A stretch of 62,976 bases of DNA, filler included, from Octopus bimaculoides (GCF_001194135.2; 8 parts of 7 records of this genome joined end to end with filler, not necessarily neighbours in it), one strand, 5' to 3'; shown: positions 1 to 14,452, numbered from the whole stretch's first letter. Notes: a model not told the origin generated them from the letters alone. Translations and numbers: made by a program.

Positions 1-71
1 TATATATAATGGTGTTGCATGAAACGATCGTACTTCATTACCTCTGGATATATTCGTTACTTTTATATATA

Positions 72-102
<31 letters not shown>

Positions 103-519
103 CTATTTACATATACTCGTGGGTACCTGAATACACACGCTCAAACACATATGTATATGACTATCGATTATCAAAACCATTCACTTTGCCGTAATCTCCA
201 GAGTATTATGATTTATATAAACGATTGATATTTAAATGTCAGACAAACATATATTAATTTTTGTTTAGAAATTGTATGCAGCAGCGGTGCTTGTGAATTA
301 CGTATTTTAAATAGCAGGCAGCTAATGGTTCCGTTTTGTATCGTATCTTATACATTGCACTCAAATATTTATAGAGAGTTTATAAATATATTTTCACGAT
401 ACGATGTCAGCCTCTGTTAATTTTACATGTATTATGCTGCGGTATTTATATGTCTTCGTATTTCATAAAGCAATTCGGTTTTCCATTGTAATAATTGATA
501 TTACTATGTAAAAAATTTG

Positions 520-800
520 ATTGTATGGAAGTTATGATTTCTGGATTCACGACTTGTATAAACCCAGTCACCAATTTAGAGTTCTACAAAAGAATGGAAC
601 AGCTCACGAGAAAGCAACTGCCGCTCACTAGCAGGATCTGCCTCCTAATCATAATGCACACAACAAGATTTTTTTTGAAACTTCAAACTGGATTTGCTTC
701 TCCATTACACTGACAAATAAATTGATAAATAAACATATTGGAAACTGTATTATGAGCGCCACGCACAAAAGCTAAAGCACCCCTGTATTATACAGTACTA
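520..800 (+). mobile_element. Heavily degraded piggyBac (PGBD-like) transposase fragment
   Basis: Frameshifted translation gives SG/IHDLY...DLPPNHNAHNKIFFETSNWICFS...KHI, resembling PGBD SGxIHDFxxY...LPxxxNHKxFFDNWF. Weaker colinear hints (STFAGS ~835; FMKYFFLF ~1060) follow. Confidence 0.35.
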
Positions 801-1254
801 AAAAAAAAAGATTTATAGTAGGTTCTTGTTCAACCTTTGCTGGGTCCAAAAAGCCGGCAAGACATTTTATTTCTTGATATTAAGAAGATTTTAAATTGGT
901 CTTGTGAGTTCGGAGAAAATCTGATTTTTTTGTTGTAGTTTTACAAATAAGTTCTACTTTTCAATATTCAAAATGTGACAAGTCGGACTTGTGAGATATC
1001 CGTTGATATAACTTTCCTATTATCTGTTTATTTTTTTGCAAAATTTTGATTAGCATTTATGAAGTATTTTTTTCTTTTTTGTATTTCAGTATCATCCCAT
1101 TGGATCATTTCCAGATTCTCGTTCAGCTTCCTTCTTATAATGACTACCCAGTATTCTTTTAGTTTCTCTGGGTACCGTTCGTATTTAACGATACAAACAT
1201 GCTACAGAAAATAAAAGAGGAGGCATCTTGTCATATAAAACAAAGATAGTCACA

Positions 1255-2170
1255 ATGAAGTTCTCAGTCGATAGCTGGCTCTTGAAATATTAAGGCCTTG
1301 AAGAAGACACGTGCCGCCATTATGTGAACTGAGTTTCTAGTTCTTAATTTTAAAGGGACGGCCAAGTATCAAACAATATAAAGGTGTGGAACACAACTCT
1401 AATACAGACTTCAGAGGCAGTTATTGTGAACTATGATGACATTGATATAAACTGAGGCATTTTCAAACTGATTCTCTATTACAAATACGCTTTTTCATGG
1501 CTCTTATTTCTCGCTGTAATCTTTAAAACGACACGTGACATGACAAGAATATATACGACACAGGAACTAATCACCTTTAGATGTATGATTTAAAGCTTTT
1601 GCGAAAGGTGATCAACATGCAAGTAAAGCAATTTAGTGACAACATTGGAATAAAATTTGTTCTTTATAAATGTATTAGAGTCATACTCTCCAAAGAAACT
1701 AAACCCCCACAAAAAAAGGACAGAAAAAAAAAACAGAACAAAAAAGGTACACATACAGCTAGATGCCACAAATATATTCAAAGTCATTCGATCCTTCAGG
1801 ATGGAAAACTACATATATTTAGGTGTGTGAAGGAATATCGTCAAGCTTCCACAAATGCACAAGAACATATGGGAAGAATGTTAACGTAGATCGTATACTT
1901 AACGGAAAAATAATACTGATGTCATCAATAATCTGGCTTTAGCCGGTAGCTATAGACTTATTATTGCAAAATGGTCCCTCATTGATATAGATATATTCGA
2001 TTACAAGTTTCTTACAATGAGCTACATACATCACGCAAAGATATGCGTAAACGAAAAGATGGATGACGTGGAACTATTCAACAGCAACTGTCTCTAAAAA
2101 CAGAAAACCACATAACACTAATGACTGGATGCTTCATGTTATCTGCAAGGATTAAACTACCCAAAATGTT
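1255..2170 (+). mobile_element. Degraded R4/Dong-type non-LTR retrotransposon reverse transcriptase fragment
   Basis: Colinear motifs across stops and frameshifts: FSVDSWLLK, VWNTTL, GIFK/TDSL (GIFQGDSL), NHL*MYDLKL (NHLLYMDDLKL), VKQFSDNIGIKFVLYKC (VKQFSDDIGMEFGLDKC), YIYLGV, INNLA, LTMSYIHHAK. Overlaps ORF 1581..1889. Confidence 0.75.
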
Positions 2171-2239
2171 ACACTCAATATCGAAAGGATTTTATGCAAA
2201 CATGCGTACATATATACATACGTACGTATTCACACAAAC

Positions 2240-2277
<38 letters not shown>

Positions 2278-2279
<2 letters not shown>

Positions 2280-2405
2280 ATTTGAATGTGAAGAAGCCTT
2301 TCAAGAACTTTCCGATTCGAATCCAAAGGGCTGGTACTTTGACCAATTCCGAAAGCTTCCTGATCATTGGTAGAATGTTGTGGAAAATGATGGTCTTTAT
2401 TTTCA
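2278..2405 (+). mobile_element. Mariner transposase C-terminal remnant
   Basis: Translates EEAFQELSDSNPKGWYFDQFRKLPDHW*NVVENDGLYF, matching the mariner C-terminal pattern SKPxxFYxxGIxKLPxRWxKVxENDGxYF. Confidence 0.5.
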
Positions 2406-2959
2406 AGGATAGTTGTTTTTGAAAAAATTCTTGCATAAAAAAATCTTTATTCTAAGAAAGCGCTTGAACATATTTGTAAATAAAATATGAGGATAAAATC
2501 TATATAAGATTTCATCGAGTAGCCACCGAGTAAACAAATTAAGGAAAAAAAAAATAATACAATGTACTTTATTTGAGATGTATAGAAAGATATTTCGATA
2601 GTTGTAGATTCTATTTACGTAATTGTTTTTTCCGTTATCATTTTGTTGTATTTTATCTCAAAGTCTTATGTGGTTGAAAAGTTAACGCTCACGCTCATAA
2701 TACATGAGCATTTGAATTATTTTTACAATCCAGCTGTCCTTTCTCAGGGAAATTTGTCTATCTCTAAACCATAGCTCTTATATATTCGAATTGAATAGTT
2801 TATAAATTTAAAAAAATGGATATAAGTCGAAACAAATTGTTGGGTCTTTTGGGATTTTAATGATTTTTTATGTTATATTATACTATATTCATAGTATATT
2901 ATGTTATTTTATAATATAAATAAATTATCGAATTGTGAAATGTATCTCTATTTCATTTA

Positions 2960-2983
2960 TTGTTTATACACACACACACATGT

Positions 2984-3046
<63 letters not shown>

Positions 3047-3051
3047 TATAC

Positions 3052-3082
<31 letters not shown>

Positions 3083-3118
3083 GATATATAAATATATACA
3101 TATATATATATATATATA
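2960..3118. repeat. Compound (CA)n/(TA)n microsatellite
   Basis: Direct reading. Representative of many such arrays (e.g. 4350-4418, 9100-9320, 20839-21018, 55165-55410, 59268-59688). Confidence 0.95.
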
Positions 3119-4349
3119 AATAATTAAATAAATAAAAATATATACTGTCTCTTAAGACAGTAAAACATTCCCTCAATATACACAAGAGAAAAAAGCCAGG
3201 TCAGTTCCTCCTCAACTTTATTCGATTGTCAAAGAATATGTATAAGAATATGTATATGTATTTTTCCATATGTGTATTTTCATACACTGTTTTTAACATT
3301 TTCATTTTCATTTTAATATCAGAGAATGTGTGATAATCAGTATGTAACAATACAAAGTTCATACAAAGCTTTATACTTTAAATATATTTTATCATCATTT
3401 TAATACTCGAACTGTTTTTTAACATGTTTTATTATTCTCAAAGACTTTTGATAATCTTTTTCTAAAAAAGTGAAACCGGTTAAGTAAATAAATATTTTAA
3501 AAAAATAAGTGCATTTTCAAACCTTCTTTCATATATATTTCCACTCGTACGGTNNNNNNNNNNNNNNNNNNNNNNNNNNNNNNNNNNNNNNNNNNNNNNN
3601 NNNNNNNNNNNNNNNNNNNNNNNNNNNNNNNNNNNNNNNNNNNNNNNNNNNNNNNNNNNNNNNNNNNNNNNNNNNNNNNNNNNNNNNNNNNNNNNNNNNN
3701 NNNNNNNNNNTATGCAAAGGCATATGTATATCGTATTTCTGAAAAAATGCAAATTAACTGACGCACTCTTTTAAATAACAAAATCTATCAATAGCAGACA
3801 AAAATCGTCCAGCCACGCTTGAGGCGTTGCTGGATAAGATTTCTGCTGTTTTCGGTTTTGAGAACAGCAAGTAGCATTCTAAGACATGTCCACTACTCTA
3901 AGACAATATCCGGCATCGTTTATATAGCAAAACAGTGATTGAAAAATAATAGCAGCCTGCTGGACATAATGTCATTATGTTACTCTTCTTGTTGCATATA
4001 ACGAATCATATTCAGCAAGCCGGCTAATTTCAACATCAGTAAATTTTCGATCGCTGTTTTCTATATCACTGTCAGTGGATGTTATCTTACTCCGTGGTTA
4101 CCGATCGGTGCTTGCAACTGACTAAACCCACAAAGCAGAAATGTGCACTTAGCAATAGCACCACTGCTACTGAACGATTAACACCTGCTACTGATTTATT
4201 ATTTAAAAAAAATTTTAACTCAGAATGTCTATAAAAGCTATTATCTAAGGACAAATACTGCGCCGAATTTGGTTTTCCGTGTATTTGCAGGAAGTATGAT
4301 ACAAAAGTTGCTACTTTAAACTACTGCTACTTCTCTCTTGCGCGCACGC

Positions 4350-4418
<69 letters not shown>

Positions 4419-7400
4419 NNNNNNNNNNNNNNNNNNNNNNNNNNNNNNNNNNNNNNNNNNNNNNNNNNNNNNNNNNNNNNNNNNNNNNNNNNNNNNNNNN
4501 NNNNNNNNNNNNNNNNNNNNNNNNNNNNNNNNNNNNNNNNNNNNNNNNNNNNNNNNNNNNNNNNNNNNNNNNNNNNNNNNNNNNNNNNNNNNNNNNNNNN
4601 NNNNNNNNNNNNNNNNNNNNNNNNNNNNNNNNNNNNNNNNNNNNNNNNNNNNNNNNNNNNNNNNNNNNNNNNNNNNNNNNNNNNNNNNNNNNNNNNNNNN
4701 NNNNNNNNNNNNNNNNNNNNNNNNNNNNNNNNNNNNNNNNNNNNNNNNNNNNNNNNNNNNNNNNNNNNNNNNNNNNNNNNNNNNNNNNNNNNNNNNNNNN
4801 NNNNNNNNNNNNNNNNNNNNNNNNNNNNNNNNNNNNNNNNNNNNNNNNNNNNNNNNNNNNNNNNNNNNNNNNNNNNNNNNNNNNNNNNNNNNNNNNNNNN
4901 NNNNNNNNNNNNNNNNNNNNNNNNNNNNNNNNNNNNNNNNNNNNNNNNNNNNNNNNNNNNNNNNNNNNNNNNNNNNNNNNNNNNNNNNNNNNNNNNNNNN
5001 NNNNNNNNNNNNNNNNNNNNNNNNNNNNNNNNNNNNNNNNNNNNNNNNNNNNNNNNNNNNNNNNNNNNNNNNNNNNNNNNNNNNNNNNNNNNNNNNNNNN
5101 NNNNNNNNNNNNNNNNNNNNNNNNNNNNNNNNNNNNNNNNNNNNNNNNNNNNNNNNNNNNNNNNNNNNNNNNNNNNNNNNNNNNNNNNNNNNNNNNNNNN
5201 NNNNNNNNNNNNNNNNNNNNNNNNNNNNNNNNNNNNNNNNNNNNNNNNNNNNNNNNNNNNNNNNNNNNNNNNNNNNNNNNNNNNNNNNNNNNNNNNNNNN
5301 NNNNNNNNNNNNNNNNNNNNNNNNNNNNNNNNNNNNNNNNNNNNNNNNNNNNNNNNNTATATATATATATGCGAGCCTGCATATGTGTGCGTTTATCTCT
5401 TATACATGGATGTATACATGGATGTATACAGGCAAGTTTGTATACTTAACCTCCGGAGTCCTATTTAACACATTTATGTCTATGAAAGTAGCATATCTGA
5501 GTAAATCACATCAATAAATGATGCCAGAAATAAGAGATATAGAAAAATGTTATATTAGTTGTGAATAAATCAAATCATTATAAAAAGGGAACTGTATGAG
5601 TCATTGTGTGAGATTGCAATTTGCACTGATTAATGGTTTTTCCATCGAATTATTCATAATTCTTGATCACATTTGTTTTTCTTCCACTGGTTAAGTATTC
5701 TTTAACACACCTTGAAGACTATTATATTAATTTCTTTAACATTTAAATTATACGCAATTATGCTTATATATCTAATACAATGAGAAAAAAAATCTATTCT
5801 ATATGAACGTCATTCGTACTCATAATAAGCAGAAAAGTCGTTAACATCTAAATCCTTTACGTTTGTATCATTTGAGACAATTTTTCAATAAAGCTTAACC
5901 GAGATTATAAGAGTTAAAATGGGGAAAGTTAGATTACTTTTTCCTCTCTAAGGTAGCATATCGGTCACCTTAGACAAGGTGGAAGGGTGAGCCTTATATT
6001 ATCGACTACCAAAAAAAGACACTTGCCGAAGGTACAACGCATTATGACTCGGAAATATGTAAATCTAAGTTTTTAAGCACAGTCACGCATGCACCTTATA
6101 TATATATATATNNNNNNNNNNNNNNNNNNNNNNNNNNNNNNNNNNNNNNNNNNNNNNNNNNNNNNNNNNNNNNNNNNNNNNNNNNNNNNNNNNNNNNNNN
6201 NNNNNNNNNNNNNNNNNNNNNNNNNNNNNNNNNNNNNNNNNNNNNNNNNNNNNNNNNNNNNNNATATGTATGTACGCATGTATGTATATATGTATATACA
6301 TAACACGCGTGCATTATCACACACACATACAAAAATGATTTTACGTAATCATGTACTTTGGTATGTACAAATTTATGTCTGCGGTTTTTGTACAGAGCAA
6401 GTGTTTACAAATGTGAAAAGTAGTGTATAAGACAAGTATATTTTCTCAGTATATTTACTAACGATGCAATCATCTCTTCCATACGACTCTGTAATCGATT
6501 CTAAAGCTCGGCTTTTCATTGTTATGGATTCAATTCTGGACCTGTTTTGCAGCATTAGAGATAAAGTACTTATAGTTTTTATGTTGGAATACTTGTGTGA
6601 TTGAATGAATAGAAGAATTGATGCTCTTATGCATAGGTACAATGAATATCACTGTTGAAGTCTTGCGGATTATCATAGAAAACTTGAGAACGACAGGAAT
6701 TAAATATAGTTAGAGTATGATGATTATAATCTTCGTGAGATAATGACTATGCTACTGTAGTACATAACGGGAATTATTAGATATACATTTTTATGCGAGT
6801 ATATCATTCTTAGAAGTAATGCCCTGTGTTTGAGATAGTTTTACTTGATGCCTATGCTTCCCTGCGTTTGTTATGCTATGTAGAGTGTGAATGAGTGATG
6901 TTTGCCAGTATATTCGATAGGTGAAGAAACTCAATAGAGTTTTGTACTTTGATTTAGTCTGTTATTATTATTGTTATTACTATTATTATTATTGTTATTG
7001 TTGTTGTAATTATTATCATTATTATTTCAATTACTTCAAACTGAGCTCGAAGACCTATATATGCTCAAAGTATATTGAACTGTTATCATCTGATTAATTA
7101 TGTAAGCAATGTTATTCCATTTCGAAGATATTCTACTCTCTGTGTGTTTTAATATTTGATATATGTTTCAAGCAATAAACATAATAGAGACTATGATTTT
7201 ACTCATCTGTTCTCTTCCTAATTACTGCGATATAAAGTTATATTATGCACACCGTAGGTAAAATTGTACTTATTACACTGTTGACTGAAATCATTATTGC
7301 CTGAAAGTTACAATAGTTTGTCTATGATGTAAATTCAATGCGAATTAAATTCATGTAAAAATTCTTTTGGATCTTTGAATTAGAATACTACGATATATTT

Positions 7401-7444
7401 ATACATGGAATTTCAAAATTGTTTAATTGTTATTTCATACTAAT

Positions 7445-7625
7445 AATGGTTTCCAAGTTTGGCTCGGGCCTAGCAATTTTGGGAGAGGAGATACATTGAT
7501 TGCATCGACACCAATAGTTAACTGTTACTCATTTTATCAACTCCGGAGAATGATAGGCCAATTCGATCTCGGAGGAATTTGAGCTAAGGACGTAAAGATA
7601 AACGAAATGCCCAACGCGCTAGCGA
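7445..7625 (-). mobile_element. SINE family B, degenerate copy
   Basis: Reverse complement aligns with the 19287-19518 copy (gctggcggaatcgctagc...ctcaaattcctccgagatcga...gttgataaaatgagtaac). Confidence 0.7.
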
Positions 7626-7659
7626 TTCCGCCAGCTTATCACCTTTAATTCATAGTAAA

Positions 7660-8900
7660 AATATCATACAAACTGCACTACCAGACACACATAGGTAATC
7701 AGAATGTTTATCTAGAGACTCGAGCTTTAGGCCGCAATGAGTTTACGATAAGAATTTTACTTTTGCCATTGGTGGTGTATTAACATTCCTTCTTTAGGAT
7801 TTAATTACTTGTTTGAGCCCGAAAACGTTTTGCGTTTGCATTCCCTGAGGTTATTTCTCTATCATGTTATTTGTTATGTATAATATTGTGGTGAATATTT
7901 TGCTTTTACTTGTCGATGAGAGGAGAATATGCATTACTTTGTTCCTTGTTATGAATTTATCTGTTAGTTTTAGTTCAGGTTTGTAGATCGTTTTGGTATG
8001 CATCGGATTATGCTTGTAAGTATTGTTATTGTAGAAACGATCTACAAGTGAAAGTTTACCTTTTCTCAAGACAAAAGAATGTATTTGTGCAATGGGATTT
8101 ATATGTAAAATTAATTAATTACATATCTATTTATTGAGGGGTTTCTAATATTATAAGTAGTTGCCCATGGTTGATTGTTAATATATCTGGAATTTTGTTT
8201 TGGTCGTGAATGAATGTTTCCCTGATGTAGCTTGTTAAGATTGTTAAATTAACTATTGTTGTTAGTTTGTTGGTAATATATCCTTTTAAACTATGCAACT
8301 GTGGTTATTCTGTTTATGTGTCTCTGTGTGAACATGATTTAGTGGCGGATTTTCTTTTGAAATCTCTTACTGAATGCGTGACTTCGTGAATATATCTAAG
8401 GATGAGTAGATCAGGAAATGTATTTGGATTTTTTCTTTCGTCAGTATGGATGGATGTGATTTATGCCTTACTGATATTATTCTTTAATTAATTAAAGATG
8501 TTTGAATAATCCATTGAATAGCAAGTTATTGTTTGAATCATAGCATTTAAGGTAAGTTGGTTTGTGTGCGTATGCGAATGTTTGTGTTGTAACCACTGCT
8601 AGATTCTGTCTTCTGTGTTCTTCTTGTTTATATACGTAAGTGAAGATTTATTTGTTTTATTTGCCTTTGTGTTTGCAAAATTGATGCGTAGCCTGTGATA
8701 TGCCATTTCCTTCCGCTATGGAAGACATTACGTCTTTAATGAATCTGTTGGAAGTTGCATTACAACATACACCTATGAAATCATGGATTTTTAATATGCA
8801 TGGACGTTGTTATGGCATACGCCATGGCGTTAGCGATACAGTAGACAAGAAAAGACTATAATAAAACTCATTTCGTTTACTTTGTTTCTTTATTCCATAT
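7660..8900 (-). mobile_element. Ancient Penelope-like element relic (RT palm/thumb to start of GIY-YIG)
   Basis: Minus-strand pieces in the expected order: NRFIKDV (RFIDD-like), RKKKSKYIS*STHP (YRKPxxxxxYLxFxSxHP), QPWATTYNIRNPSI (PFVTTYNPRNPNI), RECKRK (linker Cys), NILITYVC (NLIYxIxC). Many stops. Confidence 0.5.
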
Positions 8901-9233
8901 CTGCATTTGCATCTATGTAAATATATGCATTAAACTAATTTGCGTTTATCTGCCTTTCTATTTCCATACCATCTCGATGAGCATCGTCCTAAGCGAATGT
9001 GTTGGGTCTTAATTTCTTATCAAGGCAAGACTGTGCATATCTATATCCTACTTATTTCGCATTCTCTCACATTCTGTTCATATGCTTGCATACATTCACT
9101 CACACATACACACACACACATAAGCACACGCATATTTACATGCACGTATACATACATATATACATACATATATACACACATATATATATTTATATATACA
9201 TATATATATACACACATATATATATACATATAT

Positions 9234-9297
<64 letters not shown>

Positions 9298-10325
9298 GTG
9301 TGTATATATGTGTGTGTATACCAGCATTAATAAGACTACTTTAAGTAAATTACCTAATTCTATGAAGGAAGATCAGATTTATTTGAGGAGTACTAGTTTG
9401 CTGCCTTTTATTTGTTTGTTTTTATTACCATTTTAAGATGCATTGCTTTACAACATTCTGGTGGATGATATCACCATACAAAGTACTCCAGATTGTAAAA
9501 TGATATGCTTTCCCGAAAACTAGATGTCAGCTATGTTTCTCTCCTCTTTATTTACCACAAAATTGATTGGTTATTATCTTTAGAGTTAATATAACAATTT
9601 TTATATATATTTTAGAAGTTTATCTAGCAAATAACTATTTCGCCGCTGCACTAGGATATAATCAGCTACTAGATGGTTAAAGACTTGCAAAATCAACCTT
9701 TAGTTTTAAATAACACTGTATTCGTTTGAAATACACAATTACATGCATATGAAGATTGTTATAATATTGGCAGTTATAAATGTAATATATAGTTTAAGTA
9801 TTGTTTTTCAACTCCTTTGAATTAACTTTGCGTGTTTTGAATAAGAAATGCAAAGCGATATCTAGCAAAATGTAATAATGTGTGGAGATGGAACATACGG
9901 ATGCAGACATTTGTATTTGTGATTGCCTTAAACAAGGATTGGTCTGTTAACGTATTCTAATTAGCCGTACTTATCTCTGGTTAATTTTATTCTAAATCCT
10001 AATCAGAAATACCCCGCCAAGAGGTTACCATTACATCTAACCCCACTGTATACATTATTATCTTAATATCAAATTAAAACGTTGTCATGAATGAGAATAA
10101 GACAAAAATAATAACTCGCATATGAATAGACATATAGTTTATAGTTTCAAGAAATACACATCCTTAATTATATTCTGCCTCGATGTAGAACGAAACGAAA
10201 ATACAGCATTTTAAAATTTAAATTATATTCAGTAACATCGCATTGTATCCATTTAGTATATGTTTCTTTTGTTCAACATACACATACACACACATGCATT
10301 CACATTCATATACATATGTATGTGG

Positions 10326-10360
<35 letters not shown>

Positions 10361-10624
10361 CATAAATACGCAGAGACACATATACATACACACGTGATGG
10401 CTGCAAACTTGTGTTCGAGTATTGCCATCGCCTGACTGAAAGTCTCACACACAGGAATGCTACGATCAGCCATTCTTGAGATAGGTCTTACATTTTTTTT
10501 CCAGCGATAAATGTGTATGATTATATTTTAGAGAGGGGAAGGATTTGCACAAATCCAATCTCATTCTGTAAATATGTGCAACATAAACGCGAAAAGAAGA
10601 TCTAGTCAACATCATCAAATATTG

Positions 10625-10976
10625 TCAGTGTCGCAGGTTTTCGTCAAAATTTCCCACTCCTAGAGAGATGTTGTGGCAACAATAGAGGTGTCTCCCACTC
10701 CCATTGGGCCAAAGAGCGCCTGGACACCAGTCAAGGTACTTCCACGTCCCTGCGCATACATGCATGCATAATACACATGTACATATAATGTGTGATGGAC
10801 GTTGACTCCTCATGAGCTCTTACGCCCATTGAGAGGTCTATTTTTCGCCCTGCAGGTGTCCAACTATCACTATCCTCACCGAGCAAGCTTGATGGGGTAG
10901 CCAGTTTAGTCGCCGATGACCAGGCTATAGAACAGGTTGTACTGCGTTACATGTTATCAGTAGCACCCAAGAGCTA
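10625..10976 (-). mobile_element. Probable RTE-type LINE 5' UTR and start of endonuclease ORF, isolated fragment
   Basis: GC-richer island flanked by (CA)n. Minus strand carries cggcgactaaactggc and ends GVGNFDENLRH, resembling the GxLNVRT endonuclease start. Assignment is from recall of RTE 5' regions. Confidence 0.3.
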
Positions 10977-11012
10977 CACACACACACACACAAGCACACA
11001 CACACAAACACA

Positions 11013-11046
<34 letters not shown>

Positions 11047-13204
11047 AACGCACGTGGTGGAGTGTTTATGTGTGCGCGGGGCCATGTTACTCGTGCTATA
11101 TTTTTAAGAACCGGTTAACTTCATCTTTCTATTTTCGCTATTTTATTCAAAAACCCTCGTAAGTCCAATAAGTCTTGTTGAAGGAAAAATAAATGTAGAC
11201 CTCAATGTTATCGTTTTCATCATTTGTTGCCAAGCAGTTCAGAAACTTGTTTTACAGTTACAACGTCCCATTTTCGATTTCACTCTATGATCATTTAGAT
11301 GATTCCACCATGAAGCCGTCAGGACTCATGATTTGTGAGTGAAGAGGGTTCAATTAAAAATATGTTATTAGATCAATTTCACATGCAATTCAATGACCCG
11401 ACTTTGTTGCACATTAGAACATACAGATTTTACAAAATGCTTACGTTTTAGATAAGAATGTCTGAGACACATTCTGTCATTCGAACGATAATTCAGTTTA
11501 TAGGCAGTTCAATTAATCAAGTAATTGGAATACTGACTTTTCGGAAGCAAACAGATACCTTTATACTGTAATAGATTTCGTATAAAATGAAATTATGTGT
11601 TTATTTGTAAAATGTTCATGAAATATGGCATTCATGTTCTACCCAATTTAATTTCGGATCGAACAAATTTTTGCTTGCATTCGAAAGGTGAAAGTAATTC
11701 GGAATGATGTTCTGCAATTAAATTTCAATATTCTCCAGGAAATGTTAACGAGACAAATAAAACAATAATATTATCTTGTAAGAAAGAAAAAAACTATTAT
11801 TACGGGTATCTTACAAATTATATATTGCAGACATATACTGGCAAATACTGGCGTTTTTCAGTACTATCCTAACTGAAAGTAAATCTTATTATAAGTCGGG
11901 CGATATAGCTGCATCATACACTAAAATAAGAAATATTTAAAAAAGTTATTTCGCAATAATGTTGTTGAAGATAACCGGTTCAAACATTATTTGTGTTTGC
12001 GTTGGAGTCACAGGTAAAAGTCTAAAGCTGTTTTACCATTGCAATTTTATTGTCATTTGTATTAGAAAGCAGAATAGATTCACACATTTGGTGTTAAAGT
12101 AAAGCAAACTAATTTGGGAATCATTAGTTGACCTTCAGTATGAAGATGAATTGTGATCAACCGGATTAACTATTTTAAAGTAATATTAAAATCCTTCAGT
12201 CTGCCGATTTCTTATCATGATATATGTACAGTACATCTCTGTAAGAGATCCGCTGGAATATAACCTTCCATTCATACAACCACTACTACATTTATTTATT
12301 TGTCGATATATATTAAGGAATCATTGAAAACGTTTCCCCTTTAGCAAGGGACAAAAGGATAACAAATTCTTCACAATACATAGAATCAATTTTTAAAAAT
12401 TAACAAAACAATATTGTCTAACAACAGTCCAACAACCAGCAAACAGTAGCGACTTACTGGTAAAAAAAAACACAAAACAAATCCAACTGAAATATGTGGG
12501 GAGGAAATTTCGAATTCCACGAACATGATTCAGGTTGATTTTTATACCCATAACCTCCACAAGATGCACGTGCATTTTGGTTTTCATGACTACTTTTTGC
12601 GACTGTCACCCACGGTATTCAACGCAGCTGCTGTGTAGCGTCTCTTTCTCGTTTCAGGGAGAATTGAAAGGTTACCGGGAATTTGAGTCTCAGCCATAAA
12701 CAGCATGTTTTGGAATATTTACACTTACATCCCCGAAATAAATTTTCAGAAATTTATCATATAAAAATGACATTTCAAATCCTCGCGCTTCGTTTGCGGT
12801 TCAGTGTACGTAGAGGAATGTAATATTTACATTTATGCATTCCTATTTCTGCGTATCCTACTTACAACGTAAGCGAATGATTTTTTGTAACCTTTGAAAT
12901 GCGAGCCTTTGTTGGTAAATGCAATAAAATTTATAAACTAAAATATTCTAACAAAATAACGATATTTACTTCACAATTTCGTTATATTGGCATTCTGTTT
13001 AAGATTTTAATAAACGATTAAGCAATCTTGAATAAGACGTTTTAATACTGGTCATGAAACAAAAAAATCTGATATCATCAATAGACTTTCACTTTACATT
13101 CAGCTTAGCCTACATGAAATTGCATGCCAAAGTAATATGCAAAGCCAGATTCTCTGAAGTCTTTTTTTAATTATTATTTTACATTATTAATGAGTTTTAA
13201 CAAA

Positions 13205-13305
13205 GGCAGTGAGCTGGCAGAATCGTTAACACCCTAAACGAAATTCTTACCGCTATTCCCCACGTCACTTCTTTGTGAGTTCAAATTCCACCAAGGCCGA
13301 CTTTC
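13205..13305 (+). mobile_element. SINE family B 5' fragment
   Basis: ggcagtgagctggcagaatcgttaac...gagttcaaattccaccaaggccgacttt matches the head of the 19287 copy. Confidence 0.75.
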
Positions 13306-13658
13306 TTGTTTTTGTTGGGAGGTTAGGGTTAGGGTTAGGATTTCTAATGTGCATACTGGAGACCTCAAAGCGAGGTATTATAACAGGGACCAGATAACCT
13401 CAAATATAGTGCTAAAAATAATAGCTAATAAATACTCGGTTAACAAAACCTTGGATTGAAAGATTCGGGAACAGCTCATGTTACTCAAAACTACATAATC
13501 TCTAGACATGACATAATTGTGTCTAATGGTAGAACGTCTGTTATGTTTGCAGTCTTTGACTTATTCTATCCATTATATTTACAAGCTATAATATGTGGCT
13601 TCATACATATCGAGTTCCACCACTGAAAACGGAATGTGTATATACATGTATGTATGAG

Positions 13659-13691
<33 letters not shown>

Positions 13692-14452
13692 TTGTGACCG
13701 TGTGTGTACGTATGTATGTGTGTGTCTGTGTGTGAAATAAAATGAGACAACAAAGCCAAGGCTGTGTGGAATTTGTGGGACATTTATCAAGAGAAAGTTA
13801 GTCTTACAGATGTTTTCTCTGCTATTAGGGATATCCCTTCATCAGAGACGATGTGATAGAGGAAAATATTAGAGATCAATATAAGTTATTTTGGAAGGGG
13901 ATGAAAAAAATATGAATGGAAATAACAGAAAAAAAGTAAAAAGAAATGTATATGTAGTATGTCATAATTGCAATTCCATTAACCAAGGAAAGAGGTGGGT
14001 AGAAATGGTAGAAATGCTTCTTGCTCGTGGTATATATATATATATATATATATATATACGGGCATATGTTGATTAGTGTGTTAATGTGTTGAGTAGAGTA
14101 CTGGCGAAGTTTGGTTTGCCTGGCATCATCTGNNNNNNNNNNNNNNNNNNNNNNNNNNNNNNNNNNNNNNNNNNNNNNNNNNNNNNNNNNNNNNNNNNNN
14201 NNNNNNNNNNNNNNNNNNNNNNNNNNNNNNNNNNNNNNNNNNNNNNNNNNNNNNNNNNNNNNNNNNNNNNNNNNNNNNNNNNNNNNNNNNNNNNNNNNNN
14301 NNNNNNNNNNNNNNNNNNNNNNNNNNNNNNNNNNNNNNNNNNNNNNNNNNNNNNATATATATATGCAAAAACACACATACATATATGTAAATATATAAGT
14401 GTATGTATATGTTTCTTATACACTTTTACTATTTATTATCTTTTAGATTAGT

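Noticed and set aside
3800-4200. CpG-containing segment with an acidic minus-strand peptide (TDSDIENSDRKFTDVEI)
   Set aside because: May be a transposase N-terminal relic, but there is no diagnostic motif.
4327-5468. Long ORFs in the six-frame track containing X runs or HT/YI/CV repeats
   Set aside because: Read-through of N gaps and dinucleotide microsatellites. This applies to most ORFs listed.
8545-8560. Strong splice donors on the plus strand (AAG/GTAAGT at 8551; also ~53176 and ~53223)
   Set aside because: No open reading frame or partner exon. 8551 lies antisense within a Penelope relic, and such 9-mers are expected by chance in 60 kb.
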